DNA of 15,182 nt from Polyangiaceae bacterium (GCA_044222475.1 JBGANF010000169.1:1-15182), one strand, 5' to 3'. Positions 7,514 to 14,711 are shown, counted from the first letter of the stretch. The notes: generated by a model not told the origin, from the letters alone. Program-made: numbers and translations.

Positions 7514-9378
7514 TCCTTGTCCTCGTCGTCCTCGTCGTCCGAGTCCGAATCCGAATCCGAATCCGAATCCGAATCCGAATCCGAATCCGAATCCGAATCC
7601 GATTCCGAGTCCGAATCCGATTCCGATTCCGTTTCCGTGTCTTCTTCTTCTTCTTCTTCTTCTTCTTCTTCTTCTTCTTCTTCCGTCCCCTCGAGCTTCA
7701 CCTTCGCCTCATCGGCATCCTCGAACAGCTCCCACAGCGTCCTCGTCCCCGCCTCGGTCGCGCCCTCCGGGAGCGCGCTCACGAACTTCTTCCTCTCCTT
7801 GCCAGCGTCGTCGGTCGCCACGAGCCCCTCGAGCAGCGCGTCGCGGCCAAAGTGCTTCGCGGCCGCGAGATCCCCCGCGATCTCTCGACACTCGCTCGCC
7901 GCAGCGAGGATGCTCCGCGCCGCCATCGCCATGAGCCGCACGATCCAATACGCGGGGCTGAAGAGCCCGCTGGAGCCGCCCTCGTCGTGCCCAGCTCGCG
8001 TGAGCGCGAGGATCTCGTCGAACCGCGCGGTCGTCGCGATCGCGTCGGTACCGGACGCCGCGACCACGGCTTGAGCGAGCCGCGCTTGGAACGTGCGCTC
8101 ATCCATCGCGTCGAACGACTCGCGCCCGACGAGGATCCCCGTCAGGCCCTCGCCACGAAGGCGCGCTGCGATCGAGCCGTCGCGGAGGACGGTGAGCTCC
8201 TTGCCGGGCACGAGCGACAGCTTCGTCGGAACGTCGACCCCGAGCCGCTTCTTCATGGTGGCGAGGAGCTTCTTCCACTCGGGCTCTGCGTCGAGATCGA
8301 GCGGCTTGTCGGCCCGCTCGTCCTCCGGGGCCCGCAGACCGCCGATGACCGAGAGCGCGAGGTACACCGTCACGAACGCGAGCGTCGCCACGATCTTCCA
8401 CGGGATCGACTGCGTCTTGTACGCGCCGAACGCGACGATCCCCGTCGTGGTCGCGACGAGCAGCACCCACAAGATGCCCGACGATAGATACGTGAGCGTC
8501 GTCGCGCGGATGAGCACGCCGAGCCCCGACGGCTCCGTGAACGTGATCTTGCCTGCCGGCTTTCGTCGCGCGCGCGCGATCTGGTCGCGAAGCGGCTTCG
8601 CCACCACGCCGGAGGCGAGCGCGATCGCGAGGACGATCGCCATCCACGAGATCGGGACCCACTTGGCCACGTCGAACACGCGCATGTACCAGGGGTTCGC
8701 CGCCTCGAGGTCTGCGAGCTCGTCCTTGTACTCGGAGTCTTTCAGGCCGAGCTCGTGCGCTCGCTCGAGCTGCGCCCGCGCCTCGCGAAAGTCGCCGTCG
8801 TTCCCGGCGACCTGAGCGGCGAACAGGTGGGTGGTCGGATCGTCGGGCTTGAGGCGGAGCAGGTTCTGCGTGCACGCGCGAAACGGCTCGAGCTCGTGTC
8901 GCGTTCGCGCGATCACGCACGACGTCGTGTTCGCGTCGAGGTTGTTGGGCTCCTTCGTGACGGCTTCGGCCGCCACCTGCATCGACTCGGCGGCGTCTTT
9001 CGGTGATTCGGTGGCGAACAACGCGAGCGCGAGCATCGTCAGGTTGTCGGCGTTGCGCGCCTTGGCGACGGCTTCGCGGCACAGCTCCATCCCGCGTTCG
9101 CCCTGGCCCAGCTCGATGTCGGCGCGGCACAGACGTCGCGTCGCGGGGGTGAAGTCGGGGGCGGCCTTGTGTACGGCCTCGAGCCCGGCCGCCGCTTCGG
9201 AGAAGCGCTCTTCGTCGAGGTCCTTCGTGGCTTGTCGGAACGTCGGGACGAGCGCCGGATCGACCGCGGCGAGCTCGGCGTCGAGCTTGGCCTCGTACGC
9301 CGGGTCGCGCGCGGCGTGGGCCGCCGCCGCGAACGGCAGCGTGACGGCGATGCTCAGGGCGACGAGCCGAAGGCGCAT
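7510..9378 (-). CDS. Exported TPR-repeat membrane protein with a degenerate M48 (HtpX-like) domain and a long acidic tail
   Basis: Signal peptide MRLRLVALSIAVTLPFAAAAHA (start 9378 or 9387), TPR-like helices (APDF, EPNN, KPDD turns), three or more hydrophobic segments and an M48-like layout lacking HExxH. Ends in E14-(DS)n. The stop shares CTAG with the convergent gene. Confidence 0.8.
   Translation of the reverse strand: MRLRLVALSIAVTLPFAAAAHAARDPAYEAKLDAELAAVDPALVPTFRQATKDLDEERFSEAAAGLEAVHKAAPDFTPATRRLCRADIELGQGERGMELCREAVAKARNADNLTMLALALFATESPKDAAESMQVAAEAVTKEPNNLDANTTSCVIARTRHELEPFRACTQNLLRLKPDDPTTHLFAAQVAGNDGDFREARAQLERAHELGLKDSEYKDELADLEAANPWYMRVFDVAKWVPISWMAIVLAIALASGVVAKPLRDQIARARRKPAGKITFTEPSGLGVLIRATTLTYLSSGILWVLLVATTTGIVAFGAYKTQSIPWKIVATLAFVTVYLALSVIGGLRAPEDERADKPLDLDAEPEWKKLLATMKKRLGVDVPTKLSLVPGKELTVLRDGSIAARLRGEGLTGILVGRESFDAMDERTFQARLAQAVVAASGTDAIATTARFDEILALTRAGHDEGGSSGLFSPAYWIVRLMAMAARSILAAASECREIAGDLAAAKHFGRDALLEGLVATDDAGKERKKFVSALPEGATEAGTRTLWELFEDADEAKVKLEGTEEEEEEEEEEEEEEDTETESESDSDSESDSDSDSDSDSDSDSDSDSDSDDEDDEDKD
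7538..7639. repeat. Hexamer tandem repeat TCCGNN x17, including 9 consecutive perfect TCCGAA (7544-7597); encodes the (DS)n/(ES)/(ET) tail
   Basis: Read directly from the sequence. Confidence 0.97.
7640..7683. repeat. Perfect trinucleotide microsatellite (TCT/TTC)14, encoding 14 Glu all as GAA on the minus strand
   Basis: Read directly; it abuts the hexamer repeat. Confidence 0.97.
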
Positions 9379-9406
9379 GGGCGCCATGCTACTTCAATCG
9401 AAGCGC

Positions 9407-10267
9407 CTACGCGCGGAGCAACCGCGACAGGTGCGCGCGTTCCCACGCGAGCGCGCGCTCGTGGAAGCGGTACTCCGCTTCGCGCTCGCGGAACTCCGGC
9501 GGGTGCAACATGCGACGGCCTTCGCCGCGAGTCGCCGGCATCGCGTGGTGGAGCATCTCGTGGAAGAGCACGTGGGCGACGAAATACCGCGGCACCCACC
9601 GCCGATCGAGCGCCGGGTGGAGCCGAATGAGCCGATCCTGCGCGGCGTAGCTTCCGAGCTTGATCGTCGAACGCTTCGTACCGAGCGGAGTGCTGCGCGT
9701 TCCCCACGTGATGAGGACGTTCATGCTCCCGCCGAAGTAGCGCTCGTTGAGCTGCTGGAAGATGTCGAGCAGGTCGTGGTGCTTGCCTTGCGTGTGGAGG
9801 CGGAGGCGGCGCGAACGCTTCGCGAGCTGAACGTGGTTCGCCTCGATGAAGCGTCCGATGAGCTCGCTCGACTTTCGATCCCCATCGGTCACGAAGCGGA
9901 TGAGCGCGCTCTGTACCCGCTGCGGAGCGCCGAGGAACATGTGATGGACGCGCGCGCGGACGACGCCGCGCTCTTCGCTGTGCGAGATGATCGCGTGGCG
10001 GTTGTCGGTGATGCTCAGGTTCACCGGCCGCGGCAGCGCCGCCCGGAGTCGCCGCTCGAGCGATTGGCGCGCCCCCTCGTGGACGAAGAGGCGCGGGCTC
10101 TTCGATGGGAACACGTGCTCTGGAGTTCGCTCGGGGACGCGGATCGCGACGGCGTTCATCGGCCTCGCGAGGCTGCGATAGGCGACGGTGCCGGTGCCCG
10201 TCCCCCATACGCGCAGAGCTTTGCTTCGAGGAGCGGATGCGAGCTGCGGAACGGGACGGGCGGCCAT
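9407..10267 (-). CDS. Zinc metalloprotease, SprT-like/YgjP (minigluzincin) type
   Basis: IFQQLNERYFGG, ITWG, LGSY, IRLHPALD, VLFHEMLH (HExxH) and a downstream H-x2-EF (HPPEFRERE). The protein is basic with no signal peptide. The exact start is uncertain. Confidence 0.85.
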   Translation of the reverse strand: MAARPVPQLASAPRSKALRVWGTGTGTVAYRSLARPMNAVAIRVPERTPEHVFPSKSPRLFVHEGARQSLERRLRAALPRPVNLSITDNRHAIISHSEERGVVRARVHHMFLGAPQRVQSALIRFVTDGDRKSSELIGRFIEANHVQLAKRSRRLRLHTQGKHHDLLDIFQQLNERYFGGSMNVLITWGTRSTPLGTKRSTIKLGSYAAQDRLIRLHPALDRRWVPRYFVAHVLFHEMLHHAMPATRGEGRRMLHPPEFREREAEYRFHERALAWERAHLSRLLRA

Positions 10268-10275
10268 CTAGGTTT

Positions 10276-10304
10276 GGGATACGGCCGCGCCGATGGGGCG
10301 TCAA
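10276..10304 (-). promoter_or_regulatory. Candidate sigma70 promoter for the SprT-like gene
   Basis: TTGACG (10304-10299), 17-nt spacer, TATCCC (10281-10276), then 8 nt to ATG 10267. The last base of the -10 is non-consensus. Confidence 0.5.
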
Positions 10305-10324
10305 GGAATGGTCAAAACCTGTGG

Positions 10325-10363
10325 AAAAACAGGGGGGTCCATGTGGTCAGACCCCCCCTGTTT
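10325..10363 (-). terminator. Probable intrinsic terminator downstream of sixA
   Basis: Inverted repeat AAACAGGGGGGTC (10327-10339) / GACCCCCCCTGTTT (10350-10363) with a 10-nt loop and one bulge. On the minus strand it is followed by UUUUU (10329-10325). Confidence 0.6.
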
Positions 10364-10456
10364 CGGGCCCGAAAATGGGGGTCGAACGGGGGTCGGGAGC
10401 ACGATTTCAGGTACTTGGACGCGCGACCTGTCGGAGCATTTGCCCACACCCCCCTA

Positions 10457-10939
10457 CTAGATGAGCGGCGCGGCGATCTCGAGGGTCTTCGGGTCGAGCA
10501 CGAACCGCATTTCGGTCTTCTCACCGGGGACGATACGCAAGCCGACGACCATCGCCTTGAGCATGTCGAACCCGAACGGCTCGCCGAGGAGGCGAGACAC
10601 GAGCTCCGACAGATCGGGCTCGTGGCCGACGATCATCAGGCGCCTTCGACCGTCGGAGGCGGCACCGCGGACGAACGCCGCACCGTCACCGCCGGGGGCG
10701 AGCGAGCGCTCGGTCTCGATCGCCGGAGTGCGCAGCTCCTTGGCGACGATCTCCGCCGTCTGCTGCGCGCGAACGAGCGGGCTCGAGACGATGCCCTTCG
10801 GCACCTCGTCCATCTCGCGGAGGCGCAGCGCCACCGCGCGCACGCGGTCACGCCCCGAGCTCGTGAGGGCGCGATCGAAGTCGCGCCCGCTCGCGGAGTA
10901 GTCTTCCGCCGGACCGTGGCGCATGACGTAGAGCTTCAC
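10457..10939 (-). CDS. sixA: Phosphohistidine phosphatase SixA
   Basis: MKLYVMRHG (RHG motif), DFDRALT-x2-G, SSPLVRAQQTAEI and IVGHEPDLS. 160 aa, GTG start. Confidence 0.93.
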   Translation of the reverse strand: MKLYVMRHGPAEDYSASGRDFDRALTSSGRDRVRAVALRLREMDEVPKGIVSSPLVRAQQTAEIVAKELRTPAIETERSLAPGGDGAAFVRGAASDGRRRLMIVGHEPDLSELVSRLLGEPFGFDMLKAMVVGLRIVPGEKTEMRFVLDPKTLEIAAPLI

Positions 10940-10961
10940 GAGACGAGTCTAGCGCAACGCC

Positions 10962-10999
10962 AAAGAAAAAAGCCCCCCTGCCTCCGGAGGCAGGGGGGC
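10962..10999 (-). terminator. Rho-independent terminator of recA
   Basis: Perfect 28-bp palindrome GCCCCCCTGCCTCCGGAGGCAGGGGGGC (10972-10999), followed on the minus strand by TTTTTTCTTT. Lies 47 bp after the recA stop. Confidence 0.92.
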
Positions 11000-11046
11000 C
11001 GTTGCGGAATCGAACGGGCTGCGGACGCTCGGCTCCGCGATCAGCG

Positions 11047-12201
11047 TCAGTTGGCGGGCTTCGCCGGGATGTGGGGGACCTTCTTTCCCTCTTCCGGACG
11101 TGAGCCGTTCGCGCGTGGCGCGTCCTTCGAAGGCGGCGCTGCTTCGGCGGACGGAGCGGCAGCGGCCGCTGCTTGCCCACCGCGCCGGATGCCGTGCTTG
11201 AGGAGGATCTGCGCTTCGAGCTTGTCCATCAGCTCGGGGTGCTGATCGAGGTAGGTCTTCGCGTTCTCGCGACCTTGACCGATGCGCTCGCCTTGGAAGG
11301 CGTACCAAGCGCCGCTCTTCTCGACGATGTTGAGGTCCGCGGCGAGGTCGATGATGTCACCCGAGCGCGAGATGCCCTGACCGTAGAGGATGTCGAACTC
11401 GACCTCGCGGAACGGGGGCGCCATCTTGTTCTTCACGACCTTGACGCGGGTGCGGTTGCCCACGACCGCCGGTTCCTTGTTACCGGCCGACGGCGTCGTC
11501 TCCTTGATCGCACCGATGCGGCGGATGTCGAGGCGAACCGACGAGTAGAACTTGAGCGCGTTGCCGCCGGTCGTCGTCTCGGGCGAGCCGAACATGACGC
11601 CGATCTTCATGCGGATCTGGTTGATGAAGACGAGGATGCAGTTCGAGCGCGCCACCGTCGAGGTGAGCTTGCGCAGCGCCTGGCTCATGAGGCGCGCTTG
11701 CACGCCGACGTGGCTGTCGCCCATGTCGCCTTCGATTTCGGCCTTGGGCACGAGGGCCGCGACGGAGTCGACGACGATGATGTCGACCGCGCCCGAGCGA
11801 ACGAGCATGTCGGCGATCTCGAGCGCTTGCTCCCCGTAGTCCGGCTGAGAGACCAGGAGCTCGTCCGTCTTCACGCCGAGCTTGCGCGCGTAGGTCGGGT
11901 CGAGCGCGTGCTCCGCGTCGATGAACGCCGCCACGCCGCCGTTCTTCTGGATCTGCGCGATCGCGTGGAGGGTGAGCGTCGTCTTGCCGCTCGACTCCGG
12001 ACCGTAGATCTCCATGATGCGACCGCGGGGATAACCGCCGATGCCGAGCGCGATGTCGAGACCGATGCTGCCCGAGGGGCTCACCTGGACGTCCGGGGTC
12101 AGCGGGCCATCCTTGAGGCGCATGATGGAGCCCTTGCCGTACTCCTTCTCGATGGAGGCTACGGCGAGCTCGATGGCTTTCTGGCGGTTCTTGTCTTCCA
12201 T
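11047..12201 (-). CDS. recA: Recombinase RecA
   Basis: Walker [63 protein letters not shown] and KVVKNK. GGAGGA RBS upstream. 384 aa. Confidence 0.99.
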   Translation of the reverse strand: MEDKNRQKAIELAVASIEKEYGKGSIMRLKDGPLTPDVQVSPSGSIGLDIALGIGGYPRGRIMEIYGPESSGKTTLTLHAIAQIQKNGGVAAFIDAEHALDPTYARKLGVKTDELLVSQPDYGEQALEIADMLVRSGAVDIIVVDSVAALVPKAEIEGDMGDSHVGVQARLMSQALRKLTSTVARSNCILVFINQIRMKIGVMFGSPETTTGGNALKFYSSVRLDIRRIGAIKETTPSAGNKEPAVVGNRTRVKVVKNKMAPPFREVEFDILYGQGISRSGDIIDLAADLNIVEKSGAWYAFQGERIGQGRENAKTYLDQHPELMDKLEAQILLKHGIRRGGQAAAAAAPSAEAAPPSKDAPRANGSRPEEGKKVPHIPAKPAN

Positions 12202-12257
12202 GGTTCCTCCGGCGCGGACTTCGGTAATCTCGTGACTCTGAGCTTTGGGGAAGGGCG

Positions 12258-12285
12258 ACTATACTGCATGCGTGTTCAGTATCAA
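12258..12285 (-). promoter_or_regulatory. sigma70 promoter of recA
   Basis: TTGATA (12285-12280), 16-nt spacer, TATAGT (12263-12258), ending 56 nt upstream of the recA ATG. Confidence 0.8.
12261..12282. promoter_or_regulatory. LexA operator (SOS box), Myxococcus-type
   Basis: ATACTG-CATGCGTGTT-CAGTAT is CTG-N10-CAG with perfect 6-bp arms. It matches the M. xanthus LexA consensus CTRHAMRYBYGTTCAGS (as I recall it) at 15/17 positions. The core 12264-12279 is exactly the recA -35/-10 spacer. Confidence 0.85.
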
Positions 12286-12321
12286 GCATTTTGCGAAAAG
12301 AGGTCACTTCGCCCGAGAAAA

Positions 12322-13467
12322 ATGGCCCTTTTCGCGATCGCCCTCGCGTGCGTGTTCAGTGCCTGTGACGCCTGTGACGACGGGCACGAGCCGAGCTCTT
12401 CGGGCCGCGCCGCCAGCCCCAGCGCGGTCGCCAGCGCGCTCGGCATCGATGGGGCCGCCCTCGCTGCGCCGCTCGTCGATCCGTCGCGACCGGCGGGTGA
12501 TCTGAAGAGCGAGGCGGAGAAGTTCTCGACCCTGGAGGCGTGCATGAAGGAGCACGGGCGCGCCGACCCCGTCGTCTCCGATGCGCTCGACCACATGGGC
12601 TACGACACACTCGTGCGCGATGCATGCACCGTGCTCTCGGCCGTGAAGAAGAAGGATCCGAAGGAGTGCGAGGCGATCGACGCGGGCACGCTCCGCATGC
12701 GCTGCCGATCGCTCGTCGCGATCACGCTCGGCAAGCCGGACCAATGCCCGATGCGCTACGAGGCGAAGGCCGACTTCGGGCGCGAGGCGAAGTGCGTCGC
12801 CGCCGCGGCGCGCACGCCCGCGCTCTGCATGGGCGAGGAGAAGCGCTCCCGCCCCGCGTGCGAAGCGCTGCTCCTGCACGACGGCGCGAAGTGCGCGGCG
12901 TTCGTCCTCGACGAAGAGAAGGATCGATGCACGCGCGAGAGTCAGCGGCTCGCGTCGCTGCTCGAAGGCGGAACGCCGCTGTTCACCGACCTCACGGAGG
13001 GGAAGGGCACGCTCGAGCTCCACGGTGACGCGGGGACCGCCGACCCGCACGAGACCCACGTGGATCTCGGCTCGGACGTGGGCTCGGGCGTGGTCCTCGT
13101 GCAGGAGCGCAAAGGCTTCCGCATCCGGTTCGGATCGACCGAGGCGAACGTGACGGTGCGGGCCGTCGGGCCCAGCGTCTCGACGACGTTCGGCGTCACG
13201 CTCGGAGCCAACCTCGCCGGTGACGCGGAGGTGCGAGAAGCCCACCTGTCGGTGTCGGGTGCGGCGTCGATGACGTGCGCCGGCGCGCCGGGCGTGAAGT
13301 GCGATCTCAAGGCGAAGATCGCGGGGAAGATCGAGCCTCGGCGCGGCGCGCCCATCAACCTCGTCATCGACGGCGTCGTCGGGGTGGCGCCGCACGCGTA
13401 CAAGGTCCACGTCGACGTGAAGACCTTCGCGCGGGACGTGGTGGACGAGTCCACGTTCGGCCCTTGA
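12322..13467 (+). CDS. Cys-rich putative lipoprotein, hypothetical, divergent from recA
   Basis: [15 protein letters not shown] signal (alternative in-frame ATG at 12268), a helical Cys-repeat middle region and a beta-rich C-terminus. High GC3 codon pattern. The track ORF's upstream extension is antisense to recA. Confidence 0.8.
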   Translation: MALFAIALACVFSACDACDDGHEPSSSGRAASPSAVASALGIDGAALAAPLVDPSRPAGDLKSEAEKFSTLEACMKEHGRADPVVSDALDHMGYDTLVRDACTVLSAVKKKDPKECEAIDAGTLRMRCRSLVAITLGKPDQCPMRYEAKADFGREAKCVAAAARTPALCMGEEKRSRPACEALLLHDGAKCAAFVLDEEKDRCTRESQRLASLLEGGTPLFTDLTEGKGTLELHGDAGTADPHETHVDLGSDVGSGVVLVQERKGFRIRFGSTEANVTVRAVGPSVSTTFGVTLGANLAGDAEVREAHLSVSGAASMTCAGAPGVKCDLKAKIAGKIEPRRGAPINLVIDGVVGVAPHAYKVHVDVKTFARDVVDESTFGP

Positions 13468-13469
13468 GG

Positions 13470-13478
13470 TGCTATCCT
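13470..13478 (+). promoter_or_regulatory. Extended -10 element for a probable leaderless transcript
   Basis: TG-C-TATCCT (13470-13478), then 6 nt, then ATG 13485. Confidence 0.55.
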
Positions 13479-13484
13479 CGGGGG

Positions 13485-14096
13485 ATGCGTCATCGGTGGG
13501 CACTCGCCGGTCTCTTGCTCGTCGCGCCGGCGTGCGCGGCGATCCTCGGGATCGACGAGGGGACGCCTCGTGAGGACGGCGGGGTCGACGCGACCATCGA
13601 TCTCGGCACGCCCGACGTCGCCCCGTTCGATGCGGTCGTGGTCGACGTCGTCGCCGAAGCCGAGGCTGGACCGCCTCCGCTGACGGTGCCTTGTGGTGAC
13701 GCTGGCCCCTGCGTCGTCGGGCAGACGGTGTGCTGTCGCAAAGGGGGGAACAACAACCTGTCCTTCAGCTGCCTCGCGAATTCGGCGGCATGCACCGGCG
13801 GAACGAACCCGCAGGACATCCCGTGCGATCGCGCCGAGGTCTGCGTTGCGCTGGACGCAGGCTTCGGCCCCGACGGCGCCGCGCCGGTGTGCTGCGCCGA
13901 CACGACGACCAACGACTCGGGCACGTTCCTCAACCGCGTCGTCTGCATGCCTCAGCAGCAGTGCCTCAACACGGGGGTCCAGATGTGCACCCCGTTCCCG
14001 TCGGACGGCGGTGGCTTCGCCGACTCCGGTTGCGTGGCGCCGCGCACGTGCAGGGCGAGCCAGACCTACGTTCCCGGCTACGGCATCTGCCTGTGA
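13485..14096 (+). CDS. Cys-rich lipoprotein with a D/A/G-rich linker and a 16-Cys C-terminal domain
   Basis: MRHRWALAGLLLVAPA-C-AAILGIDE lipobox, acidic linker and 16 Cys including two CC pairs. 203 aa. Confidence 0.82.
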   Translation: MRHRWALAGLLLVAPACAAILGIDEGTPREDGGVDATIDLGTPDVAPFDAVVVDVVAEAEAGPPPLTVPCGDAGPCVVGQTVCCRKGGNNNLSFSCLANSAACTGGTNPQDIPCDRAEVCVALDAGFGPDGAAPVCCADTTTNDSGTFLNRVVCMPQQQCLNTGVQMCTPFPSDGGGFADSGCVAPRTCRASQTYVPGYGICL

Positions 14097-14686
14097 CGCG
14101 CGCGCGTCACGCCCTCGTAGCGTGTGTGTTTGCATCGGCCACGGCGTCGTGCGCGCTCGTATCGGGTCTCTCGTCCCTCGACGTCGACGAGACGAGCGAC
14201 GCGTCTCTCCCCGACGTCATCGGCGGTGACGTCGCGCCGCAGGCGGACGTCGCGGTGGACTCCCGCGCCGATGCGAGCGGCATCGACGTGACACCTCCGC
14301 CACTCGACGGAGGCGTCGATGTCGCGATCGACGCAGCGAAGGACGCCGCTCCCGACGTCGCATCCATCCAGTGTGGTGCGTCGACGTGTCCGCTCACGTC
14401 GGTGTGCTGTCACCGGCCGTTCAACCAGAGCTTCACGTGCTATGCCGATGCGTCGGCGTGCACGGGGAACGGGTACTACCCGGTGACGTGCGACGTTCGG
14501 TCCTGCACGAACAACCAGGTGTGTTGCATCACGGTCCAGCAGGTCATCGGTTTGGGGGCTTCGTGCAGCACGACGTGCTCGCTGCCGAACACGCGGCTCT
14601 GCCTTCAAGACGGCGCGGCCTGCCCGGTGGGGCTGACGTGCGCGCCCAGCGTGTCGACGTTTCCTCCCTACGACATCTGCAAGTAG
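14093..14686 (+). CDS. Cys-rich lipoprotein, paralog of the upstream gene
   Basis: GTG start overlapping the upstream TGA (GTGA). MTRARHALVACVFASATAS-C-ALVSGLSSL signal, DAS/DV-rich linker and the same 16-Cys order. 197 aa. Confidence 0.82.
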   Translation: MTRARHALVACVFASATASCALVSGLSSLDVDETSDASLPDVIGGDVAPQADVAVDSRADASGIDVTPPPLDGGVDVAIDAAKDAAPDVASIQCGASTCPLTSVCCHRPFNQSFTCYADASACTGNGYYPVTCDVRSCTNNQVCCITVQQVIGLGASCSTTCSLPNTRLCLQDGAACPVGLTCAPSVSTFPPYDICK

Positions 14687-14700
14687 GCACTGCCCTTGCA
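14685..14700 (+). promoter_or_regulatory. Candidate sigma54 (-24/-12) promoter
   Basis: AGGCAC-TGCCC-TTGCA is GG(14686-14687)-N10-GC(14698-14699), matching TGGCAC-N5-TTGCW except for the first base. The predicted +1 is about 14711-14712. Confidence 0.65.
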
Positions 14701-14711
14701 GGGCCCTGGGG

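Noticed and set aside
7538..7683. Repeat array as a possible CRISPR or phase-variation switch
   Set aside because: There are no spacers or cas genes. Unit lengths of 3 and 6 keep the frame, and the array lies at the gene's 3' end.
7517..8074. Poly-Ser/(SE)n ORF on the plus strand
   Set aside because: It is the mirror translation of the microsatellite within the minus-strand gene, with no credible start context.
10268..10456. Intergenic region as oriC, tRNA or a known riboswitch
   Set aside because: Only one consensus DnaA box, no AT-rich unwinding element and no dnaA nearby. No cloverleaf or recognisable aptamer consensus.
10972..10999. 28-bp perfect palindrome as a mobile-element end or REP
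   Set aside because: It is single copy, has no transposase nearby, and with its U-tract after recA is fully explained as a terminator.
8831..11245. 804-aa plus-strand ORF, and similar long Arg/Ala-rich ORFs such as 1715..3406, 4448..6043 and 5944..7410
   Set aside because: These are antisense or off-frame to well-supported genes, have no motifs, and are explained by stop-codon scarcity at high GC.
11173..12267. N-terminal half of the 764-aa plus-strand ORF, suggesting a large fusion protein
   Set aside because: It is the antisense shadow of recA, a common high-GC artefact. The credible protein starts at 12322 (or 12268).
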